Assembly (NCBI GenBank): GCA_035221665.1
Contig: CM069168.1
Span: 6,386,001 to 6,450,000, forward strand
Origin: Okamejei kenojei
Taxonomy: Eukaryota
Length of the DNA: 64,000 bases
Direction of reading: 5' to 3'
The translations under genes were made by a program, and so were the position numbers. This document shows positions 25,401-36,997 of this stretch, in pieces (position 1 is the first letter of the stretch; the number at the start of each line of letters is the position of its first letter). The notes beneath the pieces are model-generated. The model saw nothing but the letters and a program-made list of their open reading frames with translations, was not told the origin of the DNA and did no database searches.

Positions 25401-25612
25401 CTCATCTGCTCTTCCACGCGAAACCCCTTTTTCCAAGCGAGCTCCGTCAGGAACCTTCTCCTGCTTGACCCCATCCTCCTCTCGACCAGAAATACACCAA
25501 CATCACCAAATTTGACCTTCTTGCCAACTGGGCTGTTTCCATCCAAAGAGCCGTCGTATACAGTAGTCACCGCTGCATCTTTACACCTCTTCTTACGAGG
25601 CATCAGCGCCAT
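25401..25612 (-). CDS. POLM: DNA polymerase mu, coding exon 1 (NLS + N-terminal BRCT)
   Basis: Kozak GCAACCATGG; translates MALMPRKKRCKD...KFGDVGVFLVERRMGSSRRRFLTELAWKKGFRVEEQM, the Pol X (POLM/TdT) BRCT start; donor AG|GTGAGT; upstream acceptor TTTTCTCCCTCAG at 25636 implies a further 5' UTR exon. Confidence 0.92.
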
Positions 25613-26179
25613 GGTTGCGGGCAAGGCAAAGGAACCTGAGGGAGAAAATTGTAGGACAACAGTTAACATTGAAACAAGGATAACCAACTGGGTCAATATC
25701 AGGAGTGAACCTTAACCAGATTAACTTTCTATGATTGACAAGTTTTATTGTGAAACTTAACTCCTGATTTTGGCTGTTGCCCTTCACATTTCCTTCCATC
25801 AAAATCCACATTATAGTTATTAAACTTAACTTTTCTACTTTGCCGCATCTGTTTCCTTGTCGACTACGTTAATTAATATTAATTTTATATTTTAAATTAG
25901 CTGGGGAAGACAACAAGGTCAGGGGGTAACATTTAGCAGATTACTGGAGAAATACTGTGTCAACATGGAGTCAATGTCCTGAGCGAAATTTAAGATGTGA
26001 CCCCATGGCTCTGGACTCCCCCAACATCTGGAACATTTTTCCTGCATCTAAAAGTGAACAGAAAAGATTTAATAGAAAAGTCACATTTAACAATAAAGTT
26101 ACATTTAATTATTATAATGTGGAATTTGATTGCGGGAAACAGCCAAAAGTAGGAGTTACGTTTAACAAATGAAACTTGT

Positions 26180-26520
26180 TAATTATATAAAAAGGAGAGG
26201 GGACGTGCATTCAGGAGAAAGCGTGCTGTACCCCAGTCCCGGGGAAGGTGAGCCGGTGTGGAGCCGCCTCCTCCGGGCGAGGCGGTGAACGCGAGCCCGA
26301 GGCCCGGCCCGGCCCGGCCCGGCAGGCCGCAGGTGGGAGGAGGCTGGAGAGGGGGCGCGGGCACGGGCACGCAAAGCGCGCTCCCGCCGCTTCCCCCCGT
26401 CCGTGCGCGTACACGCGCCGTACCTCAACACGGGCGCGCGCCTCCCCTTGTCCCCAGGCACTTGTCAACACAGATACTGGAGGACAATCCCTCGTCGCCA
26501 ACGGAATAAACATGCATGCA
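26180..26520. promoter_or_regulatory. CpG island / probable POLM promoter and 5' UTR exon region
   Basis: Very GC/CpG-rich, about 0.6-0.9 kb upstream of the POLM ATG; candidate minus-strand donor GAG|GTACGG at 26424. Confidence 0.6.
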
Positions 26521-27020
26521 AGGACGGATTCCCACACACAGCTGGTTTAATCCCAAGAACAGACACAAACAGCAACTTATATAAGTCACCTGATATTGCA
26601 AGGTGATGACATTTGCTGGTTACAATGCATCCCATATAAATAACCTGTGGACAAGGATTGTTCTGCAGAGCTCAACCTGTCTTCAGCCTGTGATTGCTGC
26701 AAAGACCAGACAGCAAAATGTGTTAATTGACACTCCAATTACCCCGTAACCAGACCTCGCACGTCGCGAATTGCCATATTTTGATCATGTAAAATGTAAT
26801 GTTCGTGGATAAGACAGGTTTGGAGCGATATGGACCAAACACGGGCCAGAAAGATGTCCAGAGAGGTTTACAAAACATGTAGGAAGGAACAACATATGCT
26901 AGTTTACATCAAAGATAGATGAGTATAGGGGGGTTGCACGTAAGGTCATCAGGTCGAAGGCGTGATACACGGAGCAACTCAATCCATGAGGAGGACATGG
27001 CAGCTTTCGGCATACACTGT

Positions 27021-27635
27021 TGTGAGATATAGGTTGTGCTCACAATCACTACTCAGAGACTAAATCATGGAAACAAGAAATGCTTTATTTGCGAGTCTGC
27101 AGAGTCGGGTGCCTCTCCAAGTTGAGACACACCAAAGTCAGGAAAGTAAAGCCCCTTTATACACACAATTCTACATTTAACCTCCCATTCTGGCCCTCTC
27201 CAATCAGAGCACTGAGGTGCACAGTCTATAGGTACGTCCCCCCAAAACCTCCCACATCATACGTCGCATGTCCATACATGTGCATGGTAATGAGCAGTTT
27301 CTTGACCAGGGGTGTGTTAGTAATATTCATTTATTTCATTAAGCATGCTCAGTTGTAAATGACCTGCCCCAGTTTGCTCACCTCCAACTGACCTCTCTCA
27401 GTTTTCTTGCATCTGAATTAAAAGCTAGTCTCTACTGACAAGGGTCGCATTTATCACTACTCTACTGATAAGGGTAGCATCCATCACCCCCTTCTAGCGC
27501 TATACAATGCCATCAATCCTTACTCAAGGACAGTTCTGGTAACTTCATCCACAGAATCCTCTCCCTGGCCTCTATCGGTTAGAATCCTCTCCTGAACCCT
27601 TACAATAGTGGGGTTTAATCATTTTATCCCTCACA
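27021..27635 (-). repeat. ERV 3' LTR
   Basis: 615 bp, TG...CA ends; minus-strand TATAAAG (~27155) and AATAAA (~27087); near-identical to 32656-33273. Confidence 0.95.
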
Positions 27636-27653
27636 ATCCTCCCTTTTTCTTTT
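27636..27653 (-). other. Polypurine tract
   Basis: AAAAGAAAAAGGGAGGAT immediately precedes the 3' LTR on the minus strand. Confidence 0.85.
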
Positions 27654-27669
27654 GCTACGCATCTATTGA

Positions 27670-29481
27670 TTAAACCTCAATTTCAAGCTCCTTCAGTTCG
27701 AATTGAAGTAACATTCTCCTAATCTCCTCTTCCTGTGGATCCTGGACCTTCCCTGGTCCCATTATCATTATTTTCTGTATTACCCCTTTCTCTCCCATAG
27801 GCACGACTACAGCCTGCATCTGACTTATACTCCTTGCAATAAGTTCCCTAAAACAAGGGATACAACAGGGGATAAAGATCAGCCCAGCCAATGCACATAG
27901 AAACATGAGCCACCGTTCTCCACCATGTTCCTCGGAGGATGGAATCCCACCATCGGGTTCCCATAATCGAATTCCACTTTTGTATGGGAACAAGTGCCAA
28001 CTTACGGATTCCTTCTGATATGTCAATCACTGCCTGTCCGTTGTCATCGATGTTTAGACAGCAATTAGAGAGGTTGAATTTCCCGCATACCCCTCCTTCT
28101 TCTGCCAGGAGGTAATCTAGGGCCAACCGGTTCTGGTATATTGCTGCTCTCATCTGTGTCTGCTGCTTTGCCAGCATCTCCAGTGCCCCCGCAGTTTGGT
28201 TGGTAATTACCTCCAGTACTGCCTGAAGTCTTATGATCCAGTTTAACATGTATACTGGTGTTCGGTAGCCCCAGGATCCATCCTTTGCCCAAGTGGCTGG
28301 TCCATAGTATGAGATGATTCTTGCGGGAGGCCATTCATCATCTTCCCATTCTCCAATGTCTATTTTCCCCTTCTTCCGATATAGGTCGTCAAATACAGGT
28401 GTTCCTAGCGACCGCCCTTCTTCGGTGTTTAACAGGAAAAATCCCAGTTGTACCAGTCCAATAAAGCAAGTCCCGCTCCAATTTGTCGGTAACACCGAGT
28501 ATGCCTTGTATCCGCATATCCATAACAGTCCTTCAGGGGCCGGTCCACTAGAGCTAACCTTGTTCCATATGTCTCGCAACACCGGGATTCCTTGATAAGG
28601 GTTGTTCCCGGTGCAGTTCCATAGTCCAGTCGATTCCATTCCATTGGTCTTCATCCAGAGCAGTTTCTCCTGTCTTTCTTAGTTGGATACCGTTTAGGCT
28701 CCTCTGGCCACCACACTCGGGACTGATTTGGCCACTGGGTGATGATGCGCTGGCAGGGGCTGCTGCCGACTAGGATGGCATCCCTTGCCCAGGGCCTAGC
28801 GATACACTCAGTCCCAACCAGAGCATCTGTCAGGACCCATGCCTGGGGATCTCGGTCTTGTCCAACTGTCAGGTTCCACTCCATCAGGTCCCATACTTCA
28901 ACAATGGATCCTCTCCACGGCCAACGTGAGCTCATCAGTGGTCCGCCACAGACCCAACAGTTAGTCACATTCAGGGTTCCAGCTATCCGGAGGGCCAAGT
29001 CCACAAACAGGTTTTTCCCTCCTTCAGAGATCTCAATCTGCTTCTTTATGTCTTCATACATTGTCTGGTGCAATTGAGGCTGAGTAGGTGGGGGAGGGGG
29101 AGGCTTGGTGACTACTACTTTCGTTAACCTTGTTATTACTTCCTCCTTCATTTTGTCTAATGTCCATCTTAAGGCATGGAAAGGGAGACCTAACTGTCCT
29201 GTCCTAGTCATACAAACCCATCTCTCCCCCTTTGGGCAGGTAACATACCCAAACCTCCCTACATATCCCCTATTCTCTACCATATAACTTCTTTCCCCCG
29301 TCCTCACAAATAGTTCTAGTCCTCAGGTTATAGCAAGAATCGATCACATGGGAATGATAGGTAAATGATCTGGTTGTCTGCCCTCCGTATCTGATAGGAT
29401 GATAACATTTATCACAGTTATTAATACTTTTTTTACCACAATTACATGCAGAGCAAGCAATACCACGACTGCTCCTTTCAT
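27670..29481 (-). pseudogene. env: ERV env (ERV3/HERV-I-like gamma-type), frameshifted
   Basis: Signal-like MKGAVVVLLALHVIVV at 29481; NLFVDLALRIAGTLNVTNCWVCGG (CXXC); YYGPATWAKDGSWGYRTP; ISD YQNRLALDYLLAEEGGVC; CX6CC CGKFNLSNCC; TM anchor; split by about 4 frameshifts; furin site reads RKKG. Confidence 0.9.
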
Positions 29482-29497
29482 ACTGCTAGTTATACAT

Positions 29498-30620
29498 TTA
29501 TTTTTTTCTAAAAGTTAATGTTAGGGGCTTATTGGCTGGCTTCACCATCCACTGTTCCTCTTTATGAGGAGCGGGTGGGTCAACAGGTCCTTTAACCCGA
29601 ATTGCGTGGGTCCACCCTTTTTCTTTTGTTCGTACTGCTGTCTCGGTTGTCAGTAATACTAGGTATGGGCCGATCCACCGGGGCTGGAGTTTCTCCTCCT
29701 TCCAATTCTTGACCAGTACCCAGTCGTCGGCCTTTACAGCGAGTGGTGGGCTTTGAGCCAATAATCCTTTAGCTTTTAATTCTGTAAGAGAACGAGATAC
29801 TGCCAGTAAATAGTTCCTTAAGAATGCATCACTGCCCTCTATGGTGGGTATTCCTTCTATCTTCCCAAATAAGGTAACCCAAACAACATTTCATAGGGGG
29901 ATACTGCGAACTTTGCATGCGGTCTCCATTGCTTTTCTCAAAGCCTTTCTGTTTCCCCACTGCTCCAAAAGTGTGCCATGTACATATGCTGCTCTTAAAG
30001 CCTTAATTTCTGCCAACTGAGCTAAGCAAGATTGCAGGCAAGCTTCCAATTTGATTACCTTAAAGTCTAATTCATCCTGATGCATCACTTCAAACCCTGC
30101 ATACTTGCTATTATGATCCCTTTAACAAGAAACATCCACAAGCAAAACCTTCTTGTCCCCTTCATTCAAAGGCTCGGACTGTAAAGCATTTCTCAGACTT
30201 GTGTGTCCTTCTTCCTTCATTGTTTTCCTTAATGGCATCACAATTTCAACATGCTTCCCAATCTAGTCTGAACTATATCCTGCCATTCCCAAGATCATCA
30301 TCATCTGTTTTACTGTCTGAGGTTTGGGAACTTCAATTATCGCTTCAATTTGATCCTGCGCTATAGCTTTTACTTCTTTAGATATTACTTGTCCAAAATA
30401 TTCTACCTGCTGCTGACAAAACAACAACTTCTTCCTTTATACATTATGACCTCTTGTGCCATCCTTTCCAAGATAATTACAATGTCTCTCTCTCACATTG
30501 CTTCTCACTTGTGGAACAAACCAACAATCATCCACATACTATATCAACACCTTCCAAATCTGCCTACAACACCTGATTAAAAACATGGGGCTAGTATTTC
30601 AAACCCTGCCACATCCTAGC
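29498..30620 (-). pseudogene. pol: ERV pol remnant (RT, RNase H, IN pieces) with large internal deletions
   Basis: YVDD (~30530), QVEYFGQVISK...PKPQTVKQMMMILGMAGYS, AQLAEIKAL (RNase H), YEMLFGLPYLG and DWVLVKNWKEEKLQPRWIGPYLVLLTTETAVRT (IN C-terminus); stops and frameshifts. Confidence 0.85.
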
Positions 30621-30759
30621 CTAGGTGTCTTTAATACCTCTTCTTAATGTTCTTACCATAGCTATGTTCACCATTATCTTAATATTATTATTATTTCCTG
30701 ATTACCATACCAGTTCACACCCCCAACACACCTTATCCATTACCTATCTCCTTACTAGC

Positions 30760-32260
30760 CTTTCTTGACCTCTTCCTTGAATTCCCTCCCTCCCTTGGGG
30801 ACCCCAGTCCTGTCTGGGCTTATATCCAGATTTATTTCACTCCTGATGGGGCATTTGAGGAAATACTCACCCAAATACATTTATTATTGGCATGGAATTC
30901 TCTGGCCCCTGTTTGGCTCTGTCACAGGACTCCCTGTGTGTCGGTGCATCACTTATTTCAGACTTTTCAACCAGGTCTGTTGTTACTGACAACATTGTCT
31001 TTCCTTTTTCACGTTCTTTCTTTTTGAGCTCTCCAAGTTACATTTGCATCATTTTTCTCTGCACCTCTTCCTGCTGGCCTGCAAGTCTTTTTCCTATCTT
31101 TGCGATATTTCTCAACCTCATTGACCAAATGATCACTGAATCAGGGGTGGGAAATAGATGACAATCCCACCACCTCTTCCAATCTAGACTTGACTTTAGG
31201 AGGAATGACATCCACCACAGTGGTTCAAAATATAGTGTTCATTAACTGGTTGCCTTCTATTTCTTGTTCAGTTTCCTGTCTCCACCTTTTCAGCTTGTTC
31301 TCCAGATAGGCTGCTGGATTTTTGTCTGAGGGCCTGCCATACCCTCTGCCTGACTGTGTCAAACAGCATGCCATTTATTTATTGCATTGTTCACAGCATT
31401 TTTATACCAGCCATCTTCAGTTCTGTCAGTTTAGTGGTTCCTATCACTTTCACCAACAGTGCCTTCAAATCTCCCATAGCCAATAATCGTCCTCCAAAGC
31501 CATAATCCATTTCCTGCCCCATCAGGAATATTGGGTAAGGTATTTTTAGCCCTCTCAGTTTATGGGTGCCCCAAAGGATAATCTGTGTCTGTCCTGCTCT
31601 TATCTGTTTAAAGCAGTCTCATCAATTTATCCCTCTGCTTCCCACTTTAATCCTTTCTGATATGCCTTCTTTCTCATTCTAAACTCAATTTCTTACTTCT
31701 CAGATAGTTCATCCTCCTTTGCAAATTTATTCACCTTCCTTTTAAAATCTTCCACTGACTCCTCCTGATGTATTACCTGTCGTTTCCTACTTTTGTTACC
31801 TCCTCACTGCTTACAATTTCTTAAAGGAATACGCACACCTACCCTAACAGCATGTGGCCTAGAGCAAACAAACTTATCACATATATGAACTTCCTCATTC
31901 ATTCAAAACCGGTTTTTACACAAGTAAGATTCGTTCCAATGAAATTATGCAATTTCCTACACAGATTAAAGTTTCAAAATTTACATATTTTGCACTAACT
32001 CCTCATGTACCTGACCAATCTGTATATGAGTTTCTTCTATAGATTGTGTGAAACCAATCAATATTTCTTTCATGTGCTGCTCCTTCCTTTTTTTTAAACT
32101 TTTCGTATTCAAAACATTTGGCACTGTGATTTTCCTTAGATTTTTGCAACGTTTGAGTGATACTCTGAATATTCTGTACAGCATCCAAAGTGCCCAATCC
32201 TCATCGGAGCCCAGTCGTAGCCACCAGACTGAACTCCCCCTTATTGGTTCCATTGGTTAA
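30760..32260 (-). pseudogene. gag: ERV gag remnant (fish ERV-type)
   Basis: Broken frames around 31600-31430 give GQTQIILWG..L.GLKNTLPNIPDGAGKWI..GRLLAMGDLKALLVKV, recalled as fish class I ERV capsid-like; boundaries approximate. Confidence 0.55.
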
Positions 32261-32634
32261 TCAAAATAACAGAACTTAATCATAGTCTCCTTATCTTTAC
32301 CCCCGGGGCTTCCTTCTCCCCAAGATTGCCTGTGCGGCTCTTCACCATTGAGCCTTTTTCTTTTCCCCCCGGACTCTTACTTTTCCCATTCCGGTTATCA
32401 GACTATTCCCTTCCGACAGACCCTCGGTCGCCCGGGCAATACTTAATAGTCAGTTTTCTTACCCGGGTCCTGTGCACAAGAATCGCTCGACCGTCCCTTG
32501 TTTATTTTTCCAACACTCCCTCTTGTTTCCCGAGTCTCTTGTCCGGATATCACTCGCTCAAACCGCTGATGGCAAGCAAGGAGTTCAGAGACTGCTGAAA
32601 TCAGCAGGGTGTACCGTCCCTTCCTTCCGTGCCT

Positions 32635-32652
32635 CCGCCGACCGAGCCCCCA
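32635..32652 (-). other. Primer binding site, tRNA-Pro-like (partial match)
   Basis: TGGGGGCTCGGTCGGCGG starts 3 nt after the 5' LTR; its first 10 nt match the tRNA-Pro PBS TGGGGGCTCGTCCGGGAT. Confidence 0.6.
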
Positions 32653-32655
32653 CTT

Positions 32656-33273
32656 CGTGAGATATAGGCTGTGCTCACAATCACTACTCAGAGACTAAAT
32701 CATGGAAACAAGAAATGCTTTATTTGCGAGTCTGCAGAGTCGGGTGCGTCTCCAAGTTGAGACACACCAAAGTCAGGAAAGTAAAGCCCCTTTATACACA
32801 CAATTCTACATTTAACCTCCCCTTCTGGCCCTCTCTCCAATCAGAGCACTGAGGTGCACAGTCTATAGGTACGCCCCCCCCAGTACCTCCCACATCATAC
32901 ATCACATGTCCATACATGTGCATGGTAATGAGCAGTTTCTTGACCAGGGGTGCGTTAATAATATTCATTTATTTCATTAAGCATGCTCAGTTGTAAATGA
33001 CCTGCCCTAGTTTGCTCACCTCCACCTGATCTCTCTCAGTTTTCTTGTATCTGAATTAAAAGCTAGTCTCTACTGACAAGGGTCGCATTCATCACTACTC
33101 TACTGATAAGGGTCGCATCCATCACTCCCTTCTACCGCTATACAATCCTTACTCAAGGACAGTTCTGGTAACTTCATCCACAGCTGTGTCAGAATCCTCT
33201 CCCTGGCCTCTATCGGTTAGAATCCTCTCCTGAACCCTTACAATAGTGGGGTTTAATCATTTTATCCCTCACA
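32656..33273 (-). repeat. ERV 5' LTR
   Basis: Second LTR copy; about 20 substitutions and 3 small indels relative to the 3' LTR by eye; its 3'-terminal CA is mutated to CG. Confidence 0.95.
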
Positions 33274-33790
33274 CTGTTAATACACGAAACACATACCTTC
33301 TTGCCTGTTAAAAATGGTCATTTTTTGTGCTGTAAATATTTGTGGGTGCTGCAATTGAAAGCAGGAAGGTTTGCTCTGAACCTGAGCACCAAGGTGTAAG
33401 CGGCCGAAGGAGCACATCCCTCGCGACAGCCCCCACTCTCCCCCCGGGGTCAGCACTGTCAGGCCACGGCTGCCCTCCGCCCCGTCTCCCTCTGTGGGCC
33501 GCACTGTCACGGGCCTGTGGGTCGGCAGCACCCACACCTGGGGCCGGGTGGAGCGGGGCGATGGATCCAGGCAACGTCAGCTGCAGCAGAGTTGGGGACG
33601 GTCTGCTCACTCCGCCCACCCAGTCACTGACTACGCTGCATCGGCTCCCTGACCTCTTCCTCCCCCACCCCCCAACCTCCCCCCGACCCCCTCCTCCTCT
33701 CACCCCTGGCCGCGGGGATAGACGGCCTGGGGTCTGCGGGTGTGCAACCAGTCCGGATGCTGGGACAGGAGAAGGGCCGACTGTGCTGAC

Positions 33791-33821
33791 CAAAGATTAC
33801 AGAGCTCCTCTATAATCTTTG
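33791..33821. mobile_element. 31-bp micro-MITE (hAT-like)
   Basis: CAAAGATTACAGAG-CTC-CTCTATAATCTTTG with a perfect 8-bp TSD GTGCTGAC. Confidence 0.7.
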
Positions 33822-35396
33822 GTGCTGACAGCCATAGTAAATGCTTACCTGCAGTTCACCGCGTGTACTCCAGTTGGCGTTGCATGGCAACAGTACGGGT
33901 CACGGGTCGCGACCTCGACTGCGTGCAACCTCCCTATAGTTGGGATACGTTGGCCGGTGTGGGCAAGTTGGGCCGAAGGGCCTGTTTCCACACTGTATCA
34001 CTCTATGACTCTATGATACTTACCAATCAACAAAATGTTATCTGACCCACTGACTTACTCCAGCTTTGTGTGTCTATCCGATTTAAACCAGCAGCTGCAG
34101 TTCCTTCCAAAACATTTGAATCAGCACAAAGAGTGTGTAGTACATATTGTGGGTGTATATACCTTTAAGGATGATGTATAGATTTTGGTATGACTTCTGA
34201 TGCCCTGTGGCGTAGAGAAGTTGAGAGTTTATTTTAGTTTAGAGATACAACATGGAAATAGGCCCTTCGGCCCACCGACTCAATGTTGACTGTCACACAC
34301 CCGTTCACACTAGCTCTGTGTTATCCCACTTCCTACACACTGGGGGGAATTTGCAGAGGGCCAATTAACCTACAAACCTGCATGTCTTCGGGATATGGAG
34401 GAATCCAGAGCACCCAGAGGAAACCCACATGGTCACTGGGAGAAAATGCAAACTCTGCACAAAACAGCACCAAAGTTCAGAGGTTTCAAAGGTCTTTTAT
34501 TGTCACGTGTACCAATTAAGGTACAGTGATGTGGGAATTATCATACAACCATACTGTGAAAAATGCATCAAGACACACAACTACATAAAAAGTTAACATA
34601 AACATCCACCACAGCAGATTCCCCACATTCCTCACTGAGATGGAAGGCAAAAAAGTCCAAACATATTCTCTCGTCGGAGCAATCGAAGCCCCCGCATCGG
34701 GACGATTGAAACTCCCGCGTCAGGGCGGGCGAAACTCCCGCGGTTTGGAGTCCCCGAAGTCTGTCTTTGACGAGAGACCGCGGGCTCTGTGATGGTAAGT
34801 CCGGAAGAATCCACGGTTGGAGCACTGAGGTCAATCCTTGGCAATGGGATCACGACACGAGCTCCGTGATGTTAAAATCGGCAGCTCTCAAAATCGGTCT
34901 CCAGCAATGACTGCCAACTCCTCAATGTTAGGCCGCAGTGCGGACGGAGATACAGTACGGAAGAAAATCACATCTCCGTCGAGGTAAGAGATTAGAAAAA
35001 GTTTCCCCCACCACCCCCTCCCCACATAAACAAGTTAAAAATCACTAAAAAACATACATTTAACACATACTATTAAACACAAAGGAAAGAAAGGACAGAC
35101 AGACTGTTGGCGAAGTAGGATGGAACCCGGGTCTCTGGCGCTCTGAACAGGCAACAGGTCTATTAGTTACACCACTGTTAATGGCCTATGATGCTCTGCT
35201 TCAGATGGCCTAGATGGTGTCTGCTTTACTGATCTTGTGTCAGTGGTTCTTAACCTGGGGGTCATAACCCCCTATGGGGGTCGTTTGGGGCTATGCCGGG
35301 GGTCATGAAGGGGACACGAATAACATATCAATTTGTTGTGCCCATGTTTAGGAACCTAACAAAGGTACATATCACATACACTATTTTGTTCGCATA

Positions 35397-36997
35397 CAGT
35401 GGCTTGTAAAAGTTTTCATACCCCTTGAACTTTTCCACATTTTGTCACGTTACAACCACAAACGTAAATGTATTTTATTGGGATTTTATGTGACAGACCA
35501 ACATAAAGTGGTGCATAATTGTGAAGGGGAAGGAAAATGATACATGGTTTCCAAATTTTATTACAAATAAAAAACTGAAAAGTGTGGCATGCAAAAGTAT
35601 TCAGCCCCCCTGAGTCAATACTTTGTAGAACCACCTTTCGCTGCAATTGCAGCTGCAAGTCTTTTGGGGTATGTCTCTGACAGTTTTGCACATCTAGAGA
35701 CTGAAATTTTTGCCCATTCTTCTTTGCAAAATAGCTCAAGCTCAGTCAGATTGGATGGAGAGCGCCTGTGAACAGCAATTTCCAAGGCTTGCCAGAGATT
35801 CTCAATTGGATTTAGGTCTGGACTTTGACTGGGCCATTCTAACACATGAATATGCTTTGATCTAAACCATTCCATTGTAGCTCTGGCTGTATTTTTAGGG
35901 TTGTTTTCCTGCTGGAAGATGAACCTCCGCCCCAGTCTCAAGTCTTTTGCCGACTCTAACAGGTTTTCTTCCAAGATTGCCCTGTATTTGGCACCATCCA
36001 TCTTCTCATCAACTCTGACCAGCTTCCCTGTCCCTGCTGAAGAAAAGCATCCCCACAGCATGATGCTGCCACCACCATGTTTCACAGTGGGGATGCTGTG
36101 TTCATGGTGATGTGCAGTGTTAGTTTTCCGCCACACATAGCGTTTTGCATTTAGGCCAAAAACTTCAATTTTGGTCTCATCAGACCAGATGTTTGCTGTG
36201 TCCCCCACATGGCTTGTGGCAAACTGCAAACGGGACTTCTTATGGCTTTGTTTCAACAATGGCTTTGTTCTTGCCACTCTTCCATAAAGGCCCGATTTGT
36301 GGAATGCACGTCTAATAGTTGTCCTGTGGACAGATTCTCCCACCTGAGCTGTGGATCTCTGCAGCTCCTCCAGAGTTACCATGGGCCTCTTGGCTGCTTC
36401 TCTGGTCAATGCTCTCCTTGCCCGGCCTATCAGTTTAGGTGGACGGCCATGTCTTGGTAGGTTTGCAGTTGTGCCATACTCTTTATATTTTCGGATGATG
36501 GATTGAACAGTGCTCCGTGAGATGTTCAAAGTTTGGGATTTAATTTTATAACCTAACCCTGCTTTAAACTTCTCCACAACTTTATCCCTGACCTGTCTGG
36601 TGTGTTCCTTGGGCTTCATGATGCTGTTTGTTCATTAATGTTCTCTAACAAACCTCTGAGGCCTTCACAGAACAGCTGTATTTATACTGAGATTAGATTA
36701 CACACAAGTGGACTCTATTTACTAATTAGGTGATTCTGAAGGCAATTGGTTGTACTGGATTTTATTTAGGGGTATCAGAGTAAAGGGAGCTGAATACTTT
36801 TGCATGCCACACTTTTCAGTTTTTTATTTGTAAAACAATTTGAAAACCATGTATCATTTTCCTTCCATTTCACAATTATGAACCACTTTGTGTTGGTCTA
36901 TCACATAAAATCCCAATAAAATACATTTACATTTGTGGTTGTAACGTGACAAAATGTGGAAAAGTTCAAGGGGTATGAAAACTTTTGCAAGCCACTG
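35397..36997 (-). mobile_element. Tc1/mariner DNA transposon, Passport/PPTN-like (IR/DR)
   Basis: 213-bp TIRs (35397-35609, 36785-36997) starting CAGTGGCTTG; TA TSD on both sides; transposase ORF inside. Confidence 0.95.
35615..36619 (-). CDS. Tc1 DD34E transposase, open frame but probably inactive
   Basis: 334 aa: paired-like HTH with GRPPK, WSDETK, WPSQSPDLNPIE; 5-aa deletion before WSDE, and the second catalytic Asp motif QQDNDPKH reads QQENNPKN. Confidence 0.85.
   Translation of the reverse strand: MKPKEHTRQVRDKVVEKFKAGLGYKIKSQTLNISRSTVQSIIRKYKEYGTTANLPRHGRPPKLIGRARRALTREAAKRPMVTLEELQRSTAQVGESVHRTTIRRAFHKSGLYGRVARTKPLLKQSHKKSRLQFATSHVGDTANIWSDETKIEVFGLNAKRYVWRKTNTAHHHEHSIPTVKHGGGSIMLWGCFSSAGTGKLVRVDEKMDGAKYRAILEENLLESAKDLRLGRRFIFQQENNPKNTARATMEWFRSKHIHVLEWPSQSPDLNPIENLWQALEIAVHRRSPSNLTELELFCKEEWAKISVSRCAKLSETYPKRLAAAIAAKGGSTKY

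Larger units (their letters stand above)
27021..33273 (-). mobile_element. Endogenous retrovirus (class I, gamma/epsilon-like), two-LTR provirus
   Basis: Direct LTRs TGTGAG...CTCACA, CTGT 4-bp TSD (27017-27020, 33274-33277), PBS, PPT, and gag/pol/env remnants on the minus strand. Confidence 0.95.

Noticed and set aside
27670-29481. Domesticated env (syncytin/ERV3-like host gene)
   Set aside because: About four frameshifts and a degraded furin site (RKKG); still inside a provirus with young LTRs.
33308-33815. Overlapping 157-161-aa ORFs in a GC-rich stretch
   Set aside because: No recognisable domain or splice structure; openness is explained by GC content.
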